Origin: an uncultured Candidatus Saccharibacteria bacterium
GTDB lineage: Bacteria; Patescibacteriota; Minisyncoccia; Portnoybacterales; UBA2143
Assembly: GCA_964594965.1 (NCBI GenBank)
Contig: CAZQMX010000003.1
Location: 224-49,005, forward strand
Direction: 5' to 3'
Length of the DNA stretch: 48,782 nucleotides
Shown here: in pieces, positions 8,844-16,773 of the stretch
Layout of the letters: every line of letters begins with the position of its first letter
How positions within the stretch are numbered: position 1 is the stretch's first letter
Notes under the pieces: generated by a model
The model's database searches: none
Told to the model about the DNA's origin: nothing
Seen by the model: only the letters and a program-made list of their open reading frames with translations
Translations under genes and position numbers: made by a program

Positions 8844-8878
8844 GAGGGGGCTTCCACTGGAATGCCCCCTCATTTGTT
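8844..8878 (+). terminator. Rho-independent terminator
   Basis: gagggggc, 12-nt loop, gccccctc, then atttgtt. Confidence 0.65.
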
Positions 8879-8910
8879 AAATTCTTGATTTTAAGTAACA
8901 CAATAATTAT

Positions 8911-9567
8911 ATGTCAAAAGATTATTCGTTATTTTTCATTCGTCATGGCAAACTACTTTTGCCGTATAAAGATCATAACGAGATGCCGCTTTCAGTGCTC
9001 GCTGATTTAGCGTCCTCAAAATTAAACCCGCCCATTGATTCAAAATTTGCTACTGAATATATTCCTAGATTAGCTAATAAAATACCTTTAGCAAGTGTGA
9101 AAAAAATATACGCTAGTCCTTCGCAACGATGCCAAAATACAGCACAGCTTATCGGCCAATTCATCTTAAAAAGTTATAACAAGAATATCCATATTGTTAT
9201 TCTTCCAGGGTTAAAGGAAATTCATTTTGACTTATTGAAGCTATGTGCGCACAGCGGCGCATCCCAATTAAACATTGAATCTGTAAACAATGCTGTATTT
9301 AAGGCTATGGTTAATGGAAGCGAATACTGCGAATCTGCTGGAAATGCATACCAAAAAATCAACGAACTCCTTGACTCAGATATTGCTGCGGAATCAAGTT
9401 TGTTCATTACCCACGATTTTTTAATGAGAGTTATTGAGATTTATATCGGGCATGGTGGAGCTTCTCGTCATACAATTACTTACGATGAACTACAGAATAC
9501 ACAACGAAACTTGTATCTTCATGGCTTTGCTACTGATTTTGCGCTTGAAGCTTTTCTCTCCTTTTGA
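8911..9567 (+). CDS. Histidine phosphatase (phosphoglycerate-mutase-like) family protein
   Basis: N-terminal FFIRHGK (RHG motif) and later FITHDFLMRV. Confidence 0.6.
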   Translation: MSKDYSLFFIRHGKLLLPYKDHNEMPLSVLADLASSKLNPPIDSKFATEYIPRLANKIPLASVKKIYASPSQRCQNTAQLIGQFILKSYNKNIHIVILPGLKEIHFDLLKLCAHSGASQLNIESVNNAVFKAMVNGSEYCESAGNAYQKINELLDSDIAAESSLFITHDFLMRVIEIYIGHGGASRHTITYDELQNTQRNLYLHGFATDFALEAFLSF

Positions 9568-9756
9568 AATTAGTAGTTGAGAACAGATGAATTTGCTGAA
9601 GTGGAGTACCGCGAGCGAAGTAAACGGTAATCCTCGTCTTTTCAGGAATTCTTGATAAAACAAGTTCGAGCTTGATTCTTGATTGTATAGATGTACCCCA
9701 AATCATTACTTAAACCAATAAAAATCTTGTTGACAGAATCATATTTTTGTATTAGG

Positions 9757-10761
9757 ATGCTACACGAAGTGAAATCCTTAAATAAATATACACAAAAATC
9801 TTTAGGTATTGGCCTGACTTCAAAATGCAATTTAGATTGCCCGCATTGTTATTCAAAAAATTTAACGAAAAAGACTATCTCATTAAAGACTGTCAGAAGT
9901 ATAGTCAAAAAATTTCCTAATTTAAAAAAAGTTAATTTCGGAACGGGCGAAAGCATCTTAAATCCGGAATTGCCAGAGATAATCGATTTTTTTCACTCTA
10001 AGAATATAAAGATAGCTTTGACCTCCAACGGCATTACAGTTGATAAACTGTCTGACGAGTACCTTTTAAAAATTAATGAAGTAGATATATCTATTGATTT
10101 TCCTAATAGAAGGGATCATGATTCCTGGAGAAAAAAAGAAGGTGTTTTTGATGTCGCGATTGGGGCAATTGAAAGATGTAAAAAATTAGGAGTGGAGGTT
10201 TCAATTGCCGCGACTCTGATGAACATAAATCACTCTGTTTTTAGAGGTTTTAAGAAAATACTGGATAAATACAACATATATCTTAGAGTTAATTTATACA
10301 AACCAGTTAATTCTAATGAGTATAGTTTGAGTTATGACCAATTCTGGAAAGCTATTGGAATTATCGCCGATAATTTTACTCTGGTTTCAAATTCTGAACC
10401 GATTATTTCCCTGACATCTCCCTTATCCGTTGATGTCTGTGGTTCTCCTTGTGGAGACTCGGTGCGCCTACATCCGGATCTAAGCATCAGTCCTTGTGTC
10501 TATGTTGACGGCAACAAGGTTTCTGTAGAAAAGTTTAACAAATTAAAAAAGATTATTCCGGATTTTTGCACGAGTTGTAAATTTTTGGAAAAATGTCAGG
10601 GCGGATGTATGAGTAGAAGAATTCTTGAAGACAGAATATATAAACCAGATAGTTATTGTCCTATTTACAAAGAGAATAAAGCACCGGATATAGAGTTTGG
10701 AAAAGTTGAAAAGAAGAATTTTATCCATAGCAATTATTTGTGTACCTTTATTTTAAAATAA
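9757..10761 (+). CDS. Radical SAM / SPASM-domain protein (rSAM-1)
   Basis: CNLDCPHC cluster and GTGESILNP. C-terminal Cys-rich block CGSPCG...SPCVY...CTSCKFLEKCQGGCMSRR...YCPIY. ATG 9757 places CxxxCxxC at residue ~25; the track's alternative start is 9691. Confidence 0.8.
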   Translation: MLHEVKSLNKYTQKSLGIGLTSKCNLDCPHCYSKNLTKKTISLKTVRSIVKKFPNLKKVNFGTGESILNPELPEIIDFFHSKNIKIALTSNGITVDKLSDEYLLKINEVDISIDFPNRRDHDSWRKKEGVFDVAIGAIERCKKLGVEVSIAATLMNINHSVFRGFKKILDKYNIYLRVNLYKPVNSNEYSLSYDQFWKAIGIIADNFTLVSNSEPIISLTSPLSVDVCGSPCGDSVRLHPDLSISPCVYVDGNKVSVEKFNKLKKIIPDFCTSCKFLEKCQGGCMSRRILEDRIYKPDSYCPIYKENKAPDIEFGKVEKKNFIHSNYLCTFILK

Positions 10762-10784
10762 TGAAATCCAGAGGGAGGTGAATT

Positions 10785-11381
10785 ATGGTTAGTAGATTAG
10801 TGGGAATTGTTGGTCCTTCTGGTGTTGGGAAGACCACTATAATTTCCGATCTGGTTGATGTGAAAAAAAAGTTTGAAAGAATACTTTTCTTTACAACTAG
10901 GACAAAAAGGCAATATGAAATTAACGGCAGAGATTACTGGTTTGTTTCCAACTGTGAGATGGACAGACTATTGGCGGATGACTTAGGCATGAGAGAAAGC
11001 TTGGTCGAATTCAACGGCAATCGTTTTGCCATGAGTTATTTCCAAGTCGATCTTTTTCTCAAATCTAATAAGATAGCATTGCTGGAAGTTTACATCACTA
11101 GAATACCCGATCTTAAGAAGAGATATGGAGATAGTTTTCTGGCTTTCTTTCTTTCGCCGCAAACAATTGACACCCTGTGTAAAAGACTAAGAAACTATCG
11201 AGCCCACAAAGAAGATTTTGTTGGGGAAAGAATGAAACAAACCAGAGAAGAATTGGATTCGTTCACCAATAGTTTTAAAGATTTTTTTGACGGATCTATT
11301 ATTTTAAACTCGCATTTGGAAATGGCCAGTAGGCAGGTTGAAAAAGCCATTCTGGAATGCGTAAACAGGTCAAAGACCTAG
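10785..11381 (+). CDS. Guanylate-kinase-like P-loop nucleoside monophosphate kinase
   Basis: GPSGVGKTTI Walker A and TTRTKRQYEINGRDYWFVS (guanylate kinase signature region). GAGGGAGG RBS. Confidence 0.7.
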   Translation: MVSRLVGIVGPSGVGKTTIISDLVDVKKKFERILFFTTRTKRQYEINGRDYWFVSNCEMDRLLADDLGMRESLVEFNGNRFAMSYFQVDLFLKSNKIALLEVYITRIPDLKKRYGDSFLAFFLSPQTIDTLCKRLRNYRAHKEDFVGERMKQTREELDSFTNSFKDFFDGSIILNSHLEMASRQVEKAILECVNRSKT

Positions 11382-11416
11382 AAGGGTGACAATCAAATTA
11401 ATGATTGTCACCCTTC
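11381..11416 (+). other. Perfect 15-bp intercistronic hairpin
   Basis: gaagggtgacaatca, loop aattaa, tgattgtcacccttc. It starts at the last base of the upstream stop codon. No T-run follows. Confidence 0.8.
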
Positions 11417-11427
11417 AATTAAAATTT

Positions 11428-12969
11428 ATGTATTCAGATAAAAGAAAACTGAAGAATTCTAATTATTCTTTTCTGTTTAACGATGGAAAGGAAAATTATG
11501 CCCTTTATCATTCTTTGAGTTGTAATGTTATCTACGGGGGTAAATTATTAAAAAAGATTTTTACCCATTTTCTGGATTACAGTGCTTATAAAGATCTTTT
11601 GGTAAAAAATAAGCGGTCGAAGGAGTTGTTTGAAGCTTTGTGTAAACACGGTTTTATTCTTGAAAACGGTTCGAAAGATGAAAATACATTTAATGATTTG
11701 CGGCAAGAGACAAGAAAAAAGTTCTTTATAAAAACTCTTTATCTGAGTATAACCTACAAATGTAACTTCAGGTGTAAATACTGTATTAGTAATAATTCTG
11801 TGGCTTTGGACAAAAACAAGAGTATTTTATCTATAAGCATGACAGAAAAAGTTGCCAAAGCGGCAGCCGATTTTTATTTAAAAAAAGTCAGAGAAGATGG
11901 GGATAAAGAAGTTGTTTTTTACGGAGGCGAGCCACTGTTAAATTTCAAGGTCATAAAATTTCTGGTTGAGTACATAAATAAAAAAGAACAGTCCAGAATT
12001 TTGAGAAACAAAAGATATAAAAAAAGCAGATATATTCTGTGCACAAACGGCACGCTGATAAACAATAAAATAGCTTTGTTCTTAAAGGAAAAAAACATTT
12101 ATCCAACAGTCACCTTTGACGGCGATAAAGATACGCATAATAAAGTTAGGATATGTGCTAATAAAAAAGGTACCTATAGAGATGTTTTAAAGTCATATAA
12201 GATATTGGAAAAATTTGATTTTCCAATAGGCGTGACCTTAACTTTGGGTAAACACAATATTAACCAGTTGCCAGGTTTTGTTAAGTTGTTCGCTCAAAAG
12301 CTTAATCCTTTTACCATGGCAACAAATATCATGGTTGATTACGATGGAGGCGGAAATGAGTATGTTTGCAATGGAAATATATTGGCCGATAATTTAATAA
12401 AAGCCTTTAAGGTTGCGCGCGGGGAAGGATTATATTTGGTTAAATACATTATGGACAATAGAGTAAAGCCGTTTGTCCAAAAAGATCCGCGATTAAAAGG
12501 TTGTACGGGGACAGGTTCGCGCATTATGGTCCTGCCGGACGGTTCGTTGTCGGCTTGTATGGTCTATGCAAAGAGTTCAAAAACAAAACTAGAGGATAAT
12601 CCCAATCTGGAAGATTTTATTCCTAATGGAATTAAATACTACTCTCCCTTTTTTAAGAACGAATGTAAATCTTGTTTTGCGATTTCCTGTTGCGGTGGTG
12701 GATGTCCCAAAAACGCAGAAATTAAACACGGTACTTTTTTTAGTCTGGATAATGATTATTGCTTACAAAGTAAAAAGTTTTTGGAATGGTTAATTTGGGA
12801 CTTATTTAATTTATTGGATAAACCTCATTGGTCTAGCGAGAGTTTTCTAATTCCCAATGATCAAGACCGCAGAAAGATTTATGGAAAGATAAAGGTGTTT
12901 GAGAATCCGTTGGATTTCCAATATACTCCCAATATTGAATGTAATGAAAAAAAATATAGTAAAAATTAA
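11428..12969 (+). CDS. Radical SAM / SPASM-domain protein with ~110-aa N-terminal RRE/PqqD-like extension (rSAM-2)
   Basis: CNFRCKYC, FYGGEPLL, and SPASM block CTGTGSRIMVLPDGSLSAC...CKSCFAISCCGGGCPKNA...YC. The start is uncertain (ATG 11428, ATG 11401 or GTG 11386) because the hairpin covers 11381-11416. Confidence 0.8.
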   Translation: MYSDKRKLKNSNYSFLFNDGKENYALYHSLSCNVIYGGKLLKKIFTHFLDYSAYKDLLVKNKRSKELFEALCKHGFILENGSKDENTFNDLRQETRKKFFIKTLYLSITYKCNFRCKYCISNNSVALDKNKSILSISMTEKVAKAAADFYLKKVREDGDKEVVFYGGEPLLNFKVIKFLVEYINKKEQSRILRNKRYKKSRYILCTNGTLINNKIALFLKEKNIYPTVTFDGDKDTHNKVRICANKKGTYRDVLKSYKILEKFDFPIGVTLTLGKHNINQLPGFVKLFAQKLNPFTMATNIMVDYDGGGNEYVCNGNILADNLIKAFKVARGEGLYLVKYIMDNRVKPFVQKDPRLKGCTGTGSRIMVLPDGSLSACMVYAKSSKTKLEDNPNLEDFIPNGIKYYSPFFKNECKSCFAISCCGGGCPKNAEIKHGTFFSLDNDYCLQSKKFLEWLIWDLFNLLDKPHWSSESFLIPNDQDRRKIYGKIKVFENPLDFQYTPNIECNEKKYSKN

Positions 12970-13210
12970 AAAGAGATTATCAAGATACGTTAAAATCTTT
13001 GATTTCAAGGACAGCCTTTGTTTTTTTAACTGTTTGTCTCTGAATAAAGCCTATGTTTCAAAGCAGGCGGACTTAAATAGTGACAGGATTCTAAAATTAT
13101 TTGAGAAAAATAACCTTCTGAAAGGGTTTGACTTAAAGGCCAAGAGGTTTATTAAAAAGCGTGGCAGAGAATTTCAAACAATTATACCTAGTTATTTCAG
13201 AAGCATGTAA
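12944..13210 (+). CDS. 88-aa RRE/PqqD-like domain ORF: either the detached N-terminal domain of rSAM-3 or the 5' part of a frameshifted gene
   Basis: The sequence parallels the rSAM-2 N-terminus (LCFFNCLSLNKAYV vs YALYHSLSCNVIY; ILKLFEKNNLL vs ELFEALCKHGFIL; KRFIKK vs RKKFFIK). It lies in frame 2, one frame away from rSAM-3. Confidence 0.5.
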   Translation: MKKNIVKIKKRLSRYVKIFDFKDSLCFFNCLSLNKAYVSKQADLNSDRILKLFEKNNLLKGFDLKAKRFIKKRGREFQTIIPSYFRSM

Positions 13211-14360
13211 TTTTAGTTGTAAGTATTGTCGACAGGTTACACACGGTCTAATAAGGCAGAATGCCATGAAAAGCGGGGAAGCAATAGAAATTATAGATGA
13301 TTTTTTTGAACGAGCAAAAAATAGGCCGAAAGGGATAGTTTTTTATGGTGGCGAACCATTATTAAATAAAAAGGTTCTTTTGGATTCGGTCAAGCACATT
13401 AGGATGAAAGGAAGCAAGTTAAAACCTAAGAGCCCTATTGATTTAACTGTTATAACTAATGGTACTGGAATAGACAAGAAATCGGCGAAAATTTTGAGCG
13501 AAAACGATGTTTATATTATAATCTCGATGGACGGGAGGAAGAAAGAACACGATAAACTAAGGGTTTATAAAAACGGTAGAGGGACGTTTAACGATGTCTT
13601 AAGGGGGTATAAAGTATATAAATCTGCCGGTTGCAAAGTTGGTATTTCTTGCACCATTGGAAGTCATAATTATAGAAGCCTTTTGTCGCTGTTTAATTAT
13701 TTTGCTAAAGACCTTAGACCGATAAATGTCGGTATTAATTTGCCGCATGATGATTATAATAATCCGTTAAATTCGAATATGGACTTCAAAAAATTTTGCC
13801 GGAATTTCTTTAAAATTTTCGAAAGGGCCGTTAAAGATAATTTATATATAGAGCACATTATGAGAAAATTGAGATTACTCTTTAGAGAGGAAATAAAGGT
13901 AAATGATTGCCCTGCTTGTGGTGGAAGGTTGGTCGCTTTGCCTGGTAAAAAGCTGGGTGTTTGCGAAGGCGCTATTGGTATGGATAATTTCTTTTTTAAA
14001 AATATTGACAAGGTCGCCAGAATGTCATCGGACTGGTATTTAACCTCGCCGTTGTTTGATAAAAGGTGCGACAATTGTTTGTCTGTCGGTTTGTGTGGTG
14101 GCGGTTGTCCTTTCGATGGTTATCTACAGACAAAAAAGGTAGGTCATAAAGATAAAAGGAGATGTTCTTTTGTTAAAATGATAGTAAAATGGGGATTATA
14201 TAATTTTTATCTATTAAACAAAAAAAAGATCAAAAATAAGAAGGTCTTTATTCCATCTATTAAAGAACAAAATATCTTTTTAAAGGAACTTAAGGCCACA
14301 AAAGGTAAACTGCCTCTGCGTAGTTCCGCGCGTTTTAGTAAAATAAGGGGTAAATTTTAA
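13161..14360 (+). CDS. Radical SAM / SPASM-domain protein (rSAM-3), catalytic part
   Basis: CNFSCKYC, FYGGEPLL, and CPACGGRLVALPGKKLGVC...CDNCLSVGLCGGGCPFDG. Only a GTG start is available in this frame, which opens at 13137. Confidence 0.75.
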   Translation: MAENFKQLYLVISEACNFSCKYCRQVTHGLIRQNAMKSGEAIEIIDDFFERAKNRPKGIVFYGGEPLLNKKVLLDSVKHIRMKGSKLKPKSPIDLTVITNGTGIDKKSAKILSENDVYIIISMDGRKKEHDKLRVYKNGRGTFNDVLRGYKVYKSAGCKVGISCTIGSHNYRSLLSLFNYFAKDLRPINVGINLPHDDYNNPLNSNMDFKKFCRNFFKIFERAVKDNLYIEHIMRKLRLLFREEIKVNDCPACGGRLVALPGKKLGVCEGAIGMDNFFFKNIDKVARMSSDWYLTSPLFDKRCDNCLSVGLCGGGCPFDGYLQTKKVGHKDKRRCSFVKMIVKWGLYNFYLLNKKKIKNKKVFIPSIKEQNIFLKELKATKGKLPLRSSARFSKIRGKF

Positions 14361-14364
14361 AAAC

Positions 14365-15834
14365 ATGAAAGCAGTTATTTTAGATATTCCAACAACCCAA
14401 GTTTTTACCACGCAGAGGTTTTTAAAGATTGCTAATAATCTTAAAATGTATCGTCTCTATGATCAGAAAATCAATCTGGAAGATAAGTTTAAGATAAAAT
14501 TTTCCAAACCAAACAGTTATTGTCGGGGTCTGCTTTTTATAGCAGCCGTTTTAGAAGAGATCGGAGCTAAAGTTAGTTATTATAATTCCGATTATGATAA
14601 AAAACTTTGGAATAAATGTAAAAAAGAAATAAAAAGAGCAGATTTATTGTTGTCTTCCGCCAAGACTAATAATTACCCGGTTATACTGGAAAAGATAAAA
14701 TTAGCCAAAAGAATTAATAGAGATATCAAAACAATAATTGGGGGTCCTCATCCGACGGCTTTACCAAGAGAGTGTTTAGAAGAAAAGGAAATTGACTTTG
14801 TAGTTTTAGGAGAAGGCGAGGAAACGATAAAAGAACTGGCTTTAAAGTTAATCAATAATCAGGGTGAATTCGAAGACATATTAGGCATAGGATTTAAAAA
14901 AGACGGTAAAGTTCAAGTAAACAAGTTAAGGCCGTTGATTTCAAATCTGGACGATTTACCGATGCCAGCCTATCATTTGCTACCCGGTGGCTTAAAGTCA
15001 TATCATCCGTACATAGATACTTCTAGGGGTTGTATATATGGATGTAATTTTTGCAGTGGACCGGAATATTGGCGGAGAACCATTAGAACAAGGTCATTTA
15101 ATAATTTCTATAAAGAGCTCAAACTGATTAAATCGTTGATTGGAAAATGTAATTTTTTACATATTTCCGATCCAATGTTTGGGGTAACAAGAAAACAATT
15201 TGATATTATTAATAACTTAAAAAGAAAGAGGCATAAACTGTATTTCTCCTGTGATGTAAAAGCTAACTATATTACAAAAGACCTGGTTAAAAAAACGGTA
15301 GATTCCGGAGTGATCTTATTCTCTATCGGGATAGAGTCGTTAGACGATTCGGTTCTGCTTTTGACAAATAAAAAATGTACATCAAAAGTGGAGATAGAAG
15401 CTTGTAGAATAATTAAGGAGTTCAGTGATGTTTTTCTTAAATCCTACTGGATAGTTGGTCTGCCTGGTGAAGACAAAAAATCTTTAAAACACAACAATGA
15501 TCAGGTATATGATTTACTAGATTCGGGCATAGTTGATCAGGTTTGTAATCACATTCTAGTTCCTTATCCAGGAACAAATTTTTTTGGTAATAATAAAAAG
15601 TTTGGCATAGATATTCTGCACAGAGACTGGATTCATTACGAGGGTAGATCTTACCCACCGGTATATAGTCTCAAGGGCTTATCAAGCAATGAAATTTACA
15701 AAGCCTTTTTGCAGGCCGGTAAAAACGAACTGAAATATTATGAAAAAAAATATCCTGAATTATTAAATAAGGCTCAAGGTGACAGCAGGCAAAAGAAGAT
15801 ATCCTTCAGCAAATATAAAGGAAGATTAATTTAG
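14365..15834 (+). CDS. B12-binding-domain radical SAM protein (class B)
   Basis: N-terminal cobalamin-binding-type region (IIGGPHPTALP, VVLGEGEE) followed by TSRGCIYGCNFCSG. Confidence 0.8.
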   Translation: MKAVILDIPTTQVFTTQRFLKIANNLKMYRLYDQKINLEDKFKIKFSKPNSYCRGLLFIAAVLEEIGAKVSYYNSDYDKKLWNKCKKEIKRADLLLSSAKTNNYPVILEKIKLAKRINRDIKTIIGGPHPTALPRECLEEKEIDFVVLGEGEETIKELALKLINNQGEFEDILGIGFKKDGKVQVNKLRPLISNLDDLPMPAYHLLPGGLKSYHPYIDTSRGCIYGCNFCSGPEYWRRTIRTRSFNNFYKELKLIKSLIGKCNFLHISDPMFGVTRKQFDIINNLKRKRHKLYFSCDVKANYITKDLVKKTVDSGVILFSIGIESLDDSVLLLTNKKCTSKVEIEACRIIKEFSDVFLKSYWIVGLPGEDKKSLKHNNDQVYDLLDSGIVDQVCNHILVPYPGTNFFGNNKKFGIDILHRDWIHYEGRSYPPVYSLKGLSSNEIYKAFLQAGKNELKYYEKKYPELLNKAQGDSRQKKISFSKYKGRLI

Positions 15835-15840
15835 AACTTT

Positions 15841-16344
15841 ATGAAAAAGGATAATTATTCAATAATCGAAAAAGAGTTTTTAGCGAAAGGCAAGGACTAT
15901 ACCAAATTGTTTAAATCTGTCTGTTCTGTTGCAGAAGAGATTGGAATGGATAAAGCTTTAGAGTATTTAGAGGAATGTGTGATTCAGAAGAAAGTATTGT
16001 GGCTAGAGGAAAATTTAGGTAGAATCAAAAGAACAAAAAATCCTATAGATGATGTTCTTAAAATATTCTACGAAATTTATCTGGGGATTTCGTTTGGTCA
16101 TAACGGTAAGGTTATTAGAAAAACCGATAAAGAGCTTGTGGTAAGGTGTTGGAACAAATGTCCTGTCTTGAATGCTTGTAATAAATTTGGTCTGGATACT
16201 AAAAAAATTTGCCGTCAAGCTTATCACAGATATGCCGAGGTCTTTCTTTCTAGAATCCATCCGAAATTAAAATTTCAGAGAAACTATAACCGTATTAGGC
16301 CTTATTCGTCTTTTTGCGAAGAAAAAATTATTCTTAAAAATTAG
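15841..16344 (+). CDS. Cys-containing hypothetical protein, possibly ATC-hydrolase-like
   Basis: RCWNKCPVLNACNKFGLDTKKICRQAY resembles, from memory, the Cys pattern of the L-2-amino-thiazoline-4-carboxylate hydrolase family. Weak call. Confidence 0.3.
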   Translation: MKKDNYSIIEKEFLAKGKDYTKLFKSVCSVAEEIGMDKALEYLEECVIQKKVLWLEENLGRIKRTKNPIDDVLKIFYEIYLGISFGHNGKVIRKTDKELVVRCWNKCPVLNACNKFGLDTKKICRQAYHRYAEVFLSRIHPKLKFQRNYNRIRPYSSFCEEKIILKN

Positions 16345-16357
16345 TTATTATAAACAC

Positions 16358-16717
16358 ATGACGACTAAAAATAAATTTACCGATTCAAAGGATTATTTAA
16401 ACAAAGTAGTCAAGGTTAAAATTGACAGGCCTTTAAATTCTAAACACGATAAATTTAATATGATCTATAAAGCCAATTACGGGTTTGTCCCAGGCACCTT
16501 ATCTCCAGACGGAGAAGAGTTAGATGTATATGTTCTTGGTGTAGATAAGCCAGTAAAGGAGTTTATTGGAAAGTGTATTGCAATAATTCACAGAACCAAT
16601 GATAATGATGATAAACTGATAGTTGTTCCCGAAGGATTTGATATTTCGGATAAAGAAATCAGGGATCAAACTAATTTTCAGGAAAAATGGTTTAAATCAG
16701 TAATAATCAGAAAATGA
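16358..16717 (+). CDS. Short inorganic pyrophosphatase family protein
   Basis: YGFVPGTLSPDGEELDVYVLG and NDNDDKLIVVP match family I PPase metal-binding blocks. At 119 aa it is shorter than canonical Ppa. Confidence 0.6.
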   Translation: MTTKNKFTDSKDYLNKVVKVKIDRPLNSKHDKFNMIYKANYGFVPGTLSPDGEELDVYVLGVDKPVKEFIGKCIAIIHRTNDNDDKLIVVPEGFDISDKEIRDQTNFQEKWFKSVIIRK

Positions 16718-16773
16718 CGTTTTCTAACCGTTCGTTTAAAACTGCATAAAGATTAATTCTTGAGGAGGTGTTT

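Noticed and set aside
9587-9655. 22-codon ORF MNLLKWSTASEVNGNPRLFRNS as the precursor peptide of the radical SAM cluster
   Set aside because: It has no SD, no Cys or repeated motif typical of SPASM substrates, and I have no conservation evidence. It cannot be supported.
9730-9758. TTGACA-17-TAGGAT promoter upstream of rSAM-1
   Set aside because: The -10 would overlap the preferred ATG (9757), leaving no start codon before the CxxxCxxC motif. It is probably a chance match, or else the 9691 start is used.
9757-11381. Prokaryotic viperin plus nucleotide kinase pair (radical SAM enzyme next to a guanylate-kinase-like gene)
   Set aside because: rSAM-1 carries a SPASM-type C-terminal Cys cluster and lacks the viperin-like C-terminal region. 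The context has RRE-bearing maturases instead.
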